Part shown: positions 10,886 to 23,339 of the stretch, piece after piece
Layout of the letters: the number at the start of each line of letters is the position of its first letter
Position numbering within the stretch: the stretch's first letter is position 1
From: Eledone cirrhosa
Lineage: Eukaryota
Assembly (NCBI GenBank): GCA_964016885.1
Contig: OZ024750.1
Location: 4,278,001-4,342,000, forward strand
Length of the DNA: 64,000 nucleotides
Reading direction: 5' to 3'
Position numbers and translations under genes: made by a program
Notes under the pieces: model-generated
The model's database searches: none
The model's input: only the letters and a program-made list of their open reading frames with translations
What the model was told of the DNA's origin: nothing

Positions 10886-12619
10886 CACACAGAAGAAGGT
10901 ATATATATATATAGTTTAAGATGGTAATATGGACGAAACAAGACAAGAAATCCTTCATCAGCTGTAAGCCGTAGATCATAGATGTTTCGGCGCTTAATAC
11001 AGGACATCTAAAAGCGATCAGCGGCGCGCCCAAGGCCTTTTATCGATCAAAAGGCCAAGAGGGAAAGATATATATACATACAATTTTTTATGATTTAGTG
11101 TTAAAGAATAAAAACTAATGATAAAATAAAAAAATTTATTATAAAAAACGAGGCCCCCCGAGAGTGTGTGGCCCTAAGATAGAGATTATTTAGCTTATAG
11201 GTAAGTCCAGCACTATTTGGGCCTAGAAAGAAGGGCAAAGGTTGTGATAAAAGCTTAGCTATGTATTCTGTAGGGGTTATTCTGTAGGGTTATTATGAGA
11301 ACTCTCAGAGATAGTAAATCACAGTATTTGGCAAGTGTAATATATATATATATGTGACAGCTCACACCTATGCAGGTTTAGCTGGCCTCCACCAAGGTAT
11401 ATCTCGTTGGCGGTGTCTTGGGTGATTTAATGATAGGGACCCCAGTCCTATCATGTAAGTGTAATAGATTTAGTTGTATAATATTCTTGAGTTATGAGGG
11501 TGTGGTGATTTATGTAGATGTCTTGAAATATATAGTTTGTGATTTGATGCGTTTCAATAAGTGTTATATACTCGTTACAGGATGTATTCAAGGTTTTATA
11601 GAGGATGTGTTCGTCTGGCTTGGGGATTTGTATAGGGAGGACTCATAAATATTGTCTGAGATACTTCCAGCAAAGGAAGAAATTAAGGTAGAGGGTTTAA
11701 GTTGAATGTGATGTTAACGGATTGTTAACATCATGTAGGAATTAAAAGTCATAAAAATAAGACAACCATCACCCAAAATTTCAGCATTAACAAAAGTTTG
11801 AACAAAAACTGAAGGAAATATCTTCATTTCAAAATTATATCGAAATATCTAAACCCCATCTTCAGTTCATAGTGCTTCTTTGCCTTTAATATAATCCCTG
11901 AAGGAACTCTTCATCTTAGAGAAAGTATCTTTGGTTGTTTGAAGCTTTCTTTCTGCCATTCTCGCCTGGATTACCTTTAGTCACAGAAACTTTATTTCAC
12001 CGATTCTTTTGATTAAAACAGAAACTAAAGCCGTTCAATACGATTTTTTTAGGTCATATTGATTATTGATCACTGACTAATAGCGTGTCAATAAAGTTGA
12101 AAGAGAACTCTTTGATTGGCTTCTTTTGATTCAATGATAACTCTTTGATCAACCCCTTTTGATGCCAGGAGTTGCGATCGGCAGATAATATCAGCAATGG
12201 AAAGACCTATGTACACATTCTTTTATTTGCTCTGATCTGACGATCAAACTCCTTTCCTTTTTATATTTTATTCAATACTTCACACACCTTAGTTTTGATA
12301 TTTCATCTTCAAGGAAAAGACTTGCACTTTGGAATAAAATTAATTAAATTGTTGGAACCAGGTAACCCACAATGAAACGAAGACGATTTCTGCCCATGGC
12401 ACAGCTTTGAAAATAAGAATGCTAGAGTATGAACATCAATAAATATTTGTTTCTACTTTTGGCACAAGGCCAGCTAGTGACAAGGAATCGAATTTTGTTT
12501 CCATGCTCAGGTGTAAATTCTGGAGTAGAATTTAGTGATTGAGTCCTTTCTTTGTCCAACAAACTTATTTTTTTATTCAGTTACCTGTATCTCGTTTGTG
12601 TAAAGGTGATATAAAGTGA

Positions 12620-12928
12620 AGATGCACGACTTAGGGGTTACAGCGTTGGGCTTACAATTGTGAGGTGGTGAGTTCAATTTTCGGTGTATGTGAAGCATTG
12701 TGTCCTTGAGCAAGACACTTTATTTCACGTTGCTCCAGTTTACTCAGCTGTAGAAATGAGTTGCGACGTCACTGGTGCCAAGCTGTATCGGCCATTGCCT
12801 TTTCCTTGGACAACATCGGGGCGTGGAGAGGGGTGACTGGTATGCACGAGCGACTGCTTGACTTCCATAAACAACCTTGCCCAGACTTGTGCCTCCGAGG
12901 GGAACTTTCTGGGTGCAAAACCATGGAG
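12620..12928 (+). mobile_element. tRNA-derived CORE-type SINE
   Basis: tRNA-like head, then TGTGTCCTTGAGCAAGACACTTTATTTCACGTTGCTCCAGTTTACTCAGCTGTAGAAATGAGT, resembling the CORE domain; homologues at 40036 and 51425. Confidence 0.7.
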
Positions 12929-13780
12929 GCTTACTAAAAGGTGAGAAAGTTATGTTACTAATTCTCTCCAAATCTTTGATTATTTGAAAATCATAGGGCA
13001 ACGTCCTTTCATTAGCAATATGGTAAGGATGGGGTTAACGGGTATGTTTTTCGTTTTTATTGAAAGAAGGGTGGAGTTGTCCTATGTTCTCATATGTATG
13101 CTTCGTAGCTTGCTCCTGTGTATGTGGTGTGTGTGTGCGTATTCGTGCGTATGCGTGCGCGTCTGTGTGGTGTGTGTGTTGTGTGTGCATATGTGTGCGT
13201 GTGTGTGCGTGTGTGTGCACGTATATATGTGTGTATGCGTGTATATGTGTGTATTCTTGAGATAAGAGGTGTAGGCTATATTGCAGGGGCCGCTGACGAT
13301 CTTGTTTAAACCCGCCCATCTTCTAACAACTATCAACAAGTATATATAATTTCCATTTTTAGAAATTAGTTTGGATAAAATTATTTGGAAATAAAACAAT
13401 AAACAGAAAAAACACAAACAAAAGACCAAACAAAAATAAAATAAAATAGAGAACAATTCTTTCAACCATCATACCATAAAATTTCTTTTTCCAATAGTGA
13501 TGACTCATGTCTACCAGTTGAATAACTACTATGGTACTATTCCCCACACTAGTAGAGCCTCTACTTATATTGATCCTTATATGAACTATTTATCTCAACT
13601 ACTGCTACTGTAAGCTTCTTTCTTCTACTACTCTTGCTGTTGGTTGTTGTTGTTGTTGCGGTAGCTACCAATGTTGTTGTTGTTGTTATTGTTGTTGTAC
13701 TAAAAACAAAGCTAAAAAGTAATGCATGATAAAAATTAAAAATACAATGAAAATATAAAAGTAAATGAATTTGGACAAGC

Positions 13781-14165
13781 CTTCTTCTTCTTCTTCTTCT
13801 TCTTCTTCTTCTTCTTCTTCTTCTTCTTCTTCTTCTTCTTCTTCTCCTCCTCCTCTTCCTCTACCCCTCCTCCTTCTCCTCCTTTTTTCTTCTTCCGCTT
13901 CTTCTTCTTCTTCAGAGGGTCGTGAGGACAGAGTCCTCAAAAACTCCTTCCAGTGGGTCCTGTCAGAAGCAACCATCTCCAACTGATCTGGCTGGATCCC
14001 CAAGCAAGACCAGCCAAGCTCATGGATGTTATCCAACCATCTTGCTCGGGGATCTACCCCTGGGTCTCCTGCCAGTTGGTTTTTTTCCCCATAAAATCTG
14101 TCCTGTGATTCTTTCCTGAGACATTCTAACCCCATGTCATAGTATCGGAGCTGTGATCTCTCCAT
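13781..14165 (-). mobile_element. RTE-like LINE 3' end with (GAA)n-type tail
   Basis: ORF2 C-terminus ..PRARWLDNIHELGWSCLGIQPDQLEMVASDRTHWKEFLR; homologous copy at 60555. Confidence 0.8.
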
Positions 14166-14583
14166 TCAGAGAAGTAGCAGCTCTACCTGGAGTGTCTCTG
14201 CAGTGATTCTTTCCTGAGACATACTAACCACATGTCCATAGTATCGGAGCTGTGATCTCTCAATTCAGCAAAGTAGAGGCTCTACCTGGAGTGTCTCTCC
14301 TGTGATTCTTTCCTGAGACATTCTAACCACATGTCCATAGTATCAGAGCTGTGATCTCTCCATTCAGAGAAGTAGCAGCTCTACCTGGAGTGTCTCTCCT
14401 GTGATTCTTTCCTGAGACATTCTAACCACATGTCCATAGTATCAGAGCTGTGAACTCTCAATTCAGCAAAGTAGAGGCTCTACCTGGAGTGACTCTCCTG
14501 TGATTCTTTCCTGAGACATACTAACCACATGTCCATAGTATCAGAGCTGTGAACTCTCAATTCAGCGAAGTAGCGGCTCTACC
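14101..14583 (-). repeat. about 98-99 bp tandem repeat, 5 copies, derived from the LINE's truncated 5' end
   Basis: GTGATTCTTTCCTGAGACAT recurs at about 14105, 14203, 14302, 14401 and 14499; the unit matches single-copy sequence at about 60565-60640. Confidence 0.9.
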
Positions 14584-14937
14584 TTTCTTTATTATGTCTT
14601 TCTTGAAATTCCTTTTTTATTAACTTCTATACAAAATACTAAACACCGTCAATGATAACATAGGAACGCATTTGCTAAAAGAATTCCCATATCTTCGAAG
14701 CAATTACGGGAGAGGAAGGAACTATTTTAATATTTATTTAAAACCCTGAGTTGAAGTACACACATATGTGTAACACAAACTTGCTCTGTGGAGCTAAACG
14801 TTTGTATTAATTATGTGTGTAGTGATTTGAGCTGAAAGTTTGCAGAATCAGTTGATATCTGTGTCTTTAACGTTGAGGTTCGCAGTTATATAAATATAAA
14901 TATACTTCAGTTGTAGAATTGAAGTGACGTCTCAGTT

Positions 14938-15124
14938 ATATATATATATATATAACTATATATATATATATAAATAAATATATATGTATATATATATATA
15001 TATAAATATATATGTATATATATATAAATAAATATATATATATACATATATATATATATAAATAAATATATATGTATATATATATAAATAAATATATATA
15101 TATACATATATATATATATAAATA

Positions 15125-15211
<87 letters not shown>

Positions 15212-15278
15212 GTATATACATATATATACATATATATACATATATATAAATAAATATATATATATATACATATATATG

Positions 15279-15312
<34 letters not shown>

Positions 15313-15358
15313 CATACTTACATACATGCATATATATATATATACACACACACACGTG

Positions 15359-15410
<52 letters not shown>
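14938..15410. repeat. (TA)n-rich tract
   Basis: Seen directly. Confidence 0.95.
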
Positions 15411-15413
<3 letters not shown>

Positions 15414-15608
15414 ATTGAATAAATGGAAAACTATATTTATAAAACCATATTTATTTCATTATATATATTTCGGGGATATCATATTAACAATATGCTATGC
15501 CTTCATCAGACAAAATACAATATAAACAGTTTTATAGATAAATAGATTCGACATACCGTTATAACACCGACTTCATTTGAAGAGGTTTAAGCTGTTAAAT
15601 ATAACTTT

Positions 15609-15657
<49 letters not shown>

Positions 15658-15667
15658 TATATATATG

Positions 15668-15712
<45 letters not shown>

Positions 15713-15738
15713 GTATATATATACTTATATACATGTAT

Positions 15739-16347
15739 ATGGTGGCTGCCAACTCGTTTTCGAGTACGGCCACTACTTTATATCATGTAGGAGAACCCCT
15801 ACCGATGCACTGAACAAGTGTGACTTTTTAGTCCAGCCAGCGACTTGAAAACTCTGGTACAAACACTACACTTGTGACAATTATTGACACATAGTGCTGG
15901 GCCCTTGGTACCATGTAACGACAAGTGCAGAGAGATCTCCAGATATAAAAAAATGCCTGTGCCGTGAAGCTTTTATAGTGAGCAAAGGCACTGCACAAAG
16001 CCAGTCCCACTCTCTTAACCAAGATGATATTTACCAAAAAGAAGAACAAGGCAACATCATTGGATACCATCAGGGTTGCAGGTGTTATATCAGAGTTTTC
16101 CTTCTCATAGAATTCTGCCTTGACAAAGGCTAAGGGGTCATCTCTCCCGGTGATTTTGGATGGCCATTGACTCTTAAGAGCTCCTTTGCCCTTTGACAGG
16201 TTTTGTTTTTAGTCCTGCAGGATGTCCAAAGCCACCCTCCTCACCAAGAAACCTTGGTGGGGTTGCCAGTTTAGTCGCCAACGACCCGACCATGGGACAG
16301 GTTGTACTGGGATACATGTTACCAGTAGCACCAATTGGTGACCTGAC
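15739..16347 (-). mobile_element. non-autonomous bipartite RTE-like retroelement (5' UTR joined to ORF C-terminus and 3' end)
   Basis: Minus 15882-15799 encodes [27 protein letters not shown], like the RTE C-terminal zinc finger; 3' stem-loop CTCG-AAAA-CGAG; 5' region shared with the 21212 copy; TA-rich repeats on both flanks. Confidence 0.7.
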
Positions 16348-16639
16348 ATGTATATACATGCGTATATATACACACACACATATATATATACTTTCCAAAC
16401 GCACCCAGAGATATCCACACGATGCGCAGTTACAGCACGTATAAAGATTACAGTTAAATACACGTGTATTAGTCTTTCCATGTCAAATGATTTTAAATGA
16501 CTTTAGGGTTTTGATTAAGTTCTTTTGAAATTTGTTTTTATCCGCCTAGCATGTACGAGGCTCAACATTATATATTCTAGACCTCATTCGCTCATCGAGT
16601 GGGTGGAACTTGTTAGATTGGGCCAAGGAAACAATGTTT

Positions 16640-16795
16640 CCATTAGTCTTTTCCATTACTGACTCTATTTACTAGTCGCAACTCCTGACAGAAAGAGCAA
16701 CATGAAATAAAGTGTCTTGCTGAAGGATATTGCGCATCGCCTAGTCCGGGAATCGAACTCGCAACCTCATGCTTGCAAATCCAATTCTCTTACGC
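16640..16795 (-). mobile_element. CORE-type SINE fragment
   Basis: Minus strand GAGTTCGATTCCCGG B box, then TCCTTCAGCAAGACACTTTATTTCATGTTGCTC. Confidence 0.6.
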
Positions 16796-16959
16796 ACGTT
16801 CACAATTCATTTCTATTGTGAAATATAACAACAAAGCAGCTTTTCACTAATAAACACCCGGCAATCCATAACTAACGACATGACATTGTCTCATGTTAGG
16901 TCAAACATTTGTTGGGGCAAAAGTATAATCGATTAAATTGACGCATGTATATGACTGAT

Positions 16960-17282
16960 GAAGTGGCGAATTGGCAAGGTCATTGGCAAGGTCATTGGCA
17001 AGGTCATTAGAAGGTCGGATAGAATGTTTTGCGATATTATTTCCAGCTCTCTGAGTTCAAATCCTACCAAGGTCAACTTTGCCTTTCATTTTTTTGAGTT
17101 CGATAAAAAAACGTACCAGTCTAATACTGGGGTTGATTCTCCCTTTATACCTCTTTCTCACTTCCTTTCTCTCTCTCTCTTTCTATCCTTCTCTGGAAGA
17201 AATCTGCCAGGTTTAAAAAATGCCCTAGAAACGTCGTATATCAGTATGGCGCCCTACCACACATTCAGGGGTTACGAGACCA
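16960..17282 (+). mobile_element. SINE family A variant with extended 3' module
   Basis: Family core, pyrimidine tract, then CTGGAAGAAATCTG...CAGGTTTAAAA..TGCCCTAGAAAC...GTTACGAGACC; TTGGCAAGGTCA repeated in the head. Confidence 0.7.
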
Positions 17283-17806
17283 TGCTTGTATACAACTGAT
17301 ATTATTTCAGTGACCCTGGAAAGCTGGTATCAAAGGCGAAGTCGTCCACGGTAGGAATTGAATGGTTAACATATACTTACGGCAAAAGTGGCTGTTGATT
17401 TAGAAATAGAAACCAAATTTTATGATTAGCAGTAATTACAGTTAAGTGGCACTTGAGACAAATCTATTATTTTGAACAAGCCAAGCACGAATCATTACTT
17501 GATTTATATTTTTACAATAATGTAGAAATGAAGCGATCTTTGCATACATCAGCTAACTGCGTCTGTTGTTATGTTAATTGCCTGATTATCGCTGACAGAA
17601 TGGCAGAACCACAGACAAGTAGTAAGTTTAAAGATTTCTATTGGATAAATCAAATGGACATGAATAGATAAATGTTTGTGTTAAATGAAATAGATATGTA
17701 GCTAGTGGTAACAGGTTGAATTTCAAGAAATTTGGGAAACTCAATGGGCATCTGTGTTAATAGGAAGGGTTTACAGTAGCAACCATATTAATTTAAGAAC
17801 ATACAT

Positions 17807-18000
17807 CAGACCTGCCACCCACTATAAACCCACACGGAGAATACCACAAAAAAATGCCCCCAAAACGGGGAGAAATGAGGCCAAAGGGAGAGATTTTACA
17901 TAACGAAAGTTATACACATTTTCACAAGAGAAGACATCTCTCACTCACCCCAAAGTGGGTGGGAGATCTCCCCATCGGACGAGGCGAGTTGACAGATCTG
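17807..18000. mobile_element. hAT-like MITE
   Basis: TIRs CAGACCTGCCAC ... GTTGACAGATCTG; no clean TSD. Confidence 0.5.
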
Positions 18001-19209
18001 AGACATGGTCATTAAAATTGTCTCTGTACAAAGCAATCTGAGTTGTTTCTTATGAATAGGATATTTTCCTAGAAGTTACCATTGCTAGATATATTTAACA
18101 GTGTTGACAATGAATTGAACGTAACATTTTCCCAGCGGAATACCACTGCTGATTTTCAAGTAGAAGATATAGTGGATTTACCAGGGTGACAATAATGTTA
18201 GCAGTTGTGTCACCAATGAGGTCAGAAACACTAGTTCAGACACCATCAACAGCATAACGAAGATAGCTTTTCTTTAACTAATACATTTTACCAAGAAAAC
18301 ACACCATCTATTTGCTTTTTATCGATTATTTTGAAGTAAAGGAAGAAAGACTTCTGTAATTCTGTGTAGTATAAATATGCAAAATTATTCAGTTGACGAC
18401 GACTAGCTAATATTGCTGGCTAGTTGTGTGCTTGGAAGACGCTGTAAGATATGTCGGCTAATTTATGATCGAAAGACACTAGCACAATACAAAATTATAT
18501 ATTTATCACGTGCGGCTGAAACGCAGTTTCATCAGTGGAAGGAAGTGTTTTATCTTGATTAGTTTTAGCTTTACTGCATTAAATTAAATTAAGTAATTAA
18601 AATCATTTTAGAATATTTCTTGGGAACATTCATTTTTTAATTTTTATTTTTTACTAGTTTGGTATCAAAGCTACTTTGGTTGACCAAAATCATAATTAAA
18701 ATCCTTTTCATAACTTTACAGTGTTGTTATCAACAGTTCTTTTTTTTATGTAACTATCAAAGAACGTTTCACATTCTTTTGATGACAATCGAATTGGCAG
18801 AGTCGTTAGAACGACGGTACTTGTTTTGACTCTCTACTTTCTGAGTTCAAATCCCACCAAGGATGTATTTTCTCTGTAATAAACAAAGCAGCAATTATCC
18901 TAATAGTTCAATTAATATTATACCAGCCTGTAATTAATTTCTATAAAAAATTAATAATTTACATTGTTTGATATAAAACGAATTCTAACGATTGCTTTTA
19001 AAATTCGTTAATATTTTCAAGTGTTTAGATTGTTATGTGTTAACACATTCATATATACAGTTAATGTGGTGTGGTAAATGTATATATATATATATATATA
19101 TATGTAGATGTGTGTGTGCATATGTGTGTGTTAACACTTTCATATATACAGTTAATGTGGTGTTGTAAATATGTATATATATATGCGCGTGCGTGTGTAT
19201 ATATATAAA

Positions 19210-19454
19210 CCAGGTCCGAACACAATGGAACCAAACTCCCACCATCACTGCCTCCGTCTCTACCGCTCTCCCTATATAGGGGCCCACGGACAGAATGGAG
19301 AAGGCGTTTCCCCGGAGAATGAAATGATAAGGGAGACGCTTTGGAAGAACCATTCCAGTTAGCAAGTCTCACACTTGCGGGTAGCCAACTCTGTGCTGAT
19401 GGTAGTAAGTAGGGAGGTCGTCCTTGGGCCAAGGACACCAGAAGTCTCCACTCC
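19210..19454. mobile_element. dispersed repeat family Q (unclassified)
   Basis: Aligns with 40418-40675, with the reverse complement of 36236-36317 and with 20228-20258. Confidence 0.7.
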
Positions 19455-20163
19455 TGCGGGTAGCCAACTCTGTGCTGATGGTAGTAAGTAGGGAGGTGGT
19501 CCTTGGGCCAAGGACACCAGAAGTCTCCACTCCTGCGGGTAGCCAACTCTGTGCTGATGGTAGTAAGTAGGGAGGTCGTCCTTGGGCCAAGGACACCAGA
19601 AGTCTCCACTCCTGCGGGTAGCCAACTCTGTGCTGATGGTAGTAAGTAGGGAGGTGGTCCTTGGGCCAAGGACACCAGAAGTCTCCACTCCTGCGGGTAG
19701 CCAACTCTGTGCTGATGGTAGTAAGTAGGGAGGTCGTCCTTGGGCCAAGGACACCAGAAGTCTCCACTCCTGCGGGTAGCCAACTCTGTGCTGATGGTAG
19801 TAAGTAGGGAGGTGGTCCTTGGGTCAAGGACACCAGAAGTCTCCACTCCTGCGGGTAGCCAACTCTGTGCTGATGGTAGTAAGTAGGGAGGTCGTCCTTG
19901 GGCCAAGGACACCAGAAGTCTCCACTCCTGCGGGTAGCCAACTCTGTGCTGATGGTAGTAAGTAGGGAGGTCGTCCTTGGGCCAAGGACACCAGAAGTCT
20001 CCACTCCTGCGGGTAGCCAACTCTGTGCTGATGGTAGTAAGTAGGGAGGTCGTCCTTGGGCCAAGGACACCAGAAGTCTCCACTCCTGCGGGTAGCCAAC
20101 TCTGTGCTGATTGTGGTAAGTAGGGAGGTGGTCCTAGGGCCAAGGACACCAGAAGTCTCCACT
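19376..20163. repeat. 79-bp GC-rich tandem array, 10 near-identical copies
   Basis: Unit TGCGGGTAGCCAACTCTGTGCTGATGGTAGTAAGTAGGGAGGT(C/G)GTCCTTGGGCCAAGGACACCAGAAGTCTCCACTCC at 19376, 19455, 19534 and onward. Confidence 0.97.
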
Positions 20164-20484
20164 GTTAAGCGCTGGACCGCAAATCTATCGGAGAGCGCGA
20201 CCAATATTTTTCGATTATAGGATTAGACATAATAGAGAAGGCGTTTCCTCGGAGGAAGATTTCAACTCCTCTTCTTCCTCCTCCTCCTCCTATTTTCCTC
20301 TTTCTCTTCTTCATATACCTCCTCCTTTATCTCTTTTATTCTTCGTCTACATCTTTTTTTTTCTATTTTACTTTTCTTTTTCTTCTCTGTGTGGTTTTTT
20401 CTTCTCTGTCTCCATATTCAATATATTTGTAGCCTTATTAATGTTCATCATTATTTTACTGTTGCTATCAACTCTTACTATCAC

Positions 20485-20667
20485 CAACGACAGCCCCACC
20501 AACCACAGCACCGCCAACGACAGCACAACCAGCACCACCAACGACAACATCATCAACGACAACACCATCACTGACACCACCACCAACACCACCACCACCA
20601 CCACCAACACCACCACCACCATCTCCACCAACAACAACAACACCACCACCAACGACACCACCACCAA
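20485..20667. repeat. (CAC/CAA)n low-complexity tract
   Basis: Seen directly. Confidence 0.85.
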
Positions 20668-20772
20668 ATGGTAATATCACACCATTGTCTTCATAATTCC
20701 AGACGTCTCCAGCAATAACATCACCGCCACCAGATATAAACACCACAATAAGCATAAAATGTTAGATCCATA

Positions 20773-21008
<236 letters not shown>

Positions 21009-21211
21009 TATATATATATCTATATATATATATGTATATATATATATATAAATATGTATATAATATATGTATGAATGAAGTATTTCCGTTAGAAAGTTAC
21101 AAATATATATATATGTATATATGAATGTATATATGTATATACACATGCACCCATGTATATACACATATACATATACATACATAGGTACATGTGTATATAT
21201 ATATTTACACA

Positions 21212-21610
21212 CTTTTGGATGGCCGTTGACTCTTATGAGGTCTTCCGCCCTTTGTCAGGTTTTGTTTTTTGTCCAGTAGGGTGTCCAAAATCACCCTCCT
21301 CAACAATGTATATGCGCGGGGACATAGAAATAGTCGGGCTGGACACCCAATCGCGCGGTTAAACCACTGGGAGTGAAGGACCCCTAGCCTTTGTCAGGGC
21401 ATTCTTCTAGGAGAAGGCAACTCAGGAAACTGGGATGACTCCGATATAAAACCTGCGGCTCAGTAGTTACCCATGATGTTGATCTTTTCTTCTTTTCGGG
21501 TTATAGCTACTGTCGCTCAGAGAGTGGGATTGGCTCAGTGCACAGTCCTTCCCCTCACTTTAAAAAATATTGTGCAATGGCCATACTCGATAACGAGGGG
21601 GCAGCCATCA
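21212..21610 (+). mobile_element. second copy of the bipartite RTE-like element with an inverted 5' part
   Basis: 21212-21306 is antisense 5' region; 21361-21610 is sense and ends GGCCATACTCGATAACGAGGGGGCAGCCA. Confidence 0.7.
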
Positions 21611-21833
21611 TATATGTACATATATATATATATATGTATATATATTTATATGTATATATGTATATGTATATATATATGTATATGTATATAGATATATGTA
21701 TATATATTTATATATATTTATATGTATATATGTAATATGTTAATGTGTATATATATGTATATATATAATATGTATATATGTATATGTATATATATATATG
21801 TATATATATATATGTATATATATGTATATATAT

Positions 21834-21911
<78 letters not shown>

Positions 21912-21920
21912 ATGTATATA

Positions 21921-21951
<31 letters not shown>

Positions 21952-23339
21952 TTGTGCATGTGTGTGTGTGTGTATGTGATTCTATGTGTATAAATATTTC
22001 CTAGGGAAAATATCAAATAACATTTTTGATAAAATGAATATTTTCATTAAATACAGTTTGCTAATTCAATTTATTTCTCTCCCCTATTAATATCATATGT
22101 TATATGTGTTTCTTGCTACCAGCTAGCAGCACGATGCAACATATCTGCATATCACTTGCAATAGCAATATCTGTTTGATCGAATGTTTTACAATAAAACA
22201 ATATATTAACGATAATTTCTGGAAAAATCTTTCTACCCAGGGACATATTGTAAGATCTCAATGAAATAAATTACAAAACAACACAGTAGATCTAATTCCT
22301 TCTGGTTTTATTAATCTTTATGATAACGTTGAAGAGAGAGCTTAGTAACAGAGGAATTCATGGCGAGAAGCAAGTATATTTGATGAAAATAATGTTCGCC
22401 TTCAAACTATTTCGATTGTAAGCACTTTCGAAATAGATTTTGTCTGGTTACTCCTTTGAAAGCAACAATCTTTTACCGGTACATTATTTGTTTTCGTTCA
22501 TATTCTACTGTTTATCTTGCAATGATACCCTCTTATGAATAACTATACAAATGTAGTCAGATGCATTCAGTTTTATTTGACCTACATAAGTGGTTGAAAG
22601 ATCCATTTAATTCGCGATCAACTTTTGCAGAGTTAGGTCGTAAATATATATCGGGTAGCCAGGCTTAGAATAGTATGTTTTATCCCACAAACCTAACCTG
22701 ATTTCAGTCTTGTAATGTTCTTAGAAGGCGTGAATGGCCGTCACTCACTCTAAACGACAGTCAATGAAATACAACTACATATCTAGACTTTGTTCTCAAT
22801 ACAATCAGCTATAAATCTACTAGAGTTTTCTTTATATCTGAGTTAGTAGAGTAACTGAAAAGTTAGATTATTGTAGAGAATACACATATACATCCAGCAT
22901 CTATCCATACCCCTCCCTCCATACATACATAGATACATACATAGATACATACATACATATATACATACATACACACAGCGTTCATACATACATACAAACA
23001 AACAGCGTTCATACATACATAGAAACACACAGCGTTCATACATACACACATACATACAAACAGCATACATACATAGAAACACAGCATTCATACATACACA
23101 CATACATACAAACATACATACCTACATTCATAACACAATTTTTTTCTATCTCTCTACGTTCATACTAAATTTGTTGGAGCATGACTCGTTCATTGTGGCT
23201 GGTTGTGCAAAGAGTTGAATACAAAACCTAAAAAAATGATATTTAATCTCATCCAGTAGCTATATTTATACTTTTGTTGTCTTGCAATAAAACCTTATTG
23301 CTATATGTTTAAACCACCATACATATCTTGGGCAAGTAA

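Noticed and set aside
11330-11720. PLE endonuclease C-terminal relic on the minus strand
   Set aside because: Only a vague compositional resemblance; no GIY-YIG motif found.
15799-15882. Host C2H2 zinc-finger gene exon
   Set aside because: A single finger embedded in a dispersed repeat and followed by an RTE-type 3' end; no TGEKP linker.
19376-19454. Hammerhead or HDV ribozyme in the 79-bp unit
   Set aside because: CTGATGG rather than CTGANGA, no GAAA box, and no HDV P1/P1.1/P3 pairing found by eye.
19376-20163. CRISPR array or repeat-protein ORFs (362, 233 and 131 aa)
   Set aside because: No unique spacers and no cas genes; units are near-identical end to end, and the ORFs arise from a stop-free 79-bp unit cycling through frames.
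20441-20674. Secreted mucin-like peptide (hydrophobic N-terminus, Thr/Asn-rich)
   Set aside because: Weak start context, the body is a CAC/CAA low-complexity tract, and there is no splice or homology support.
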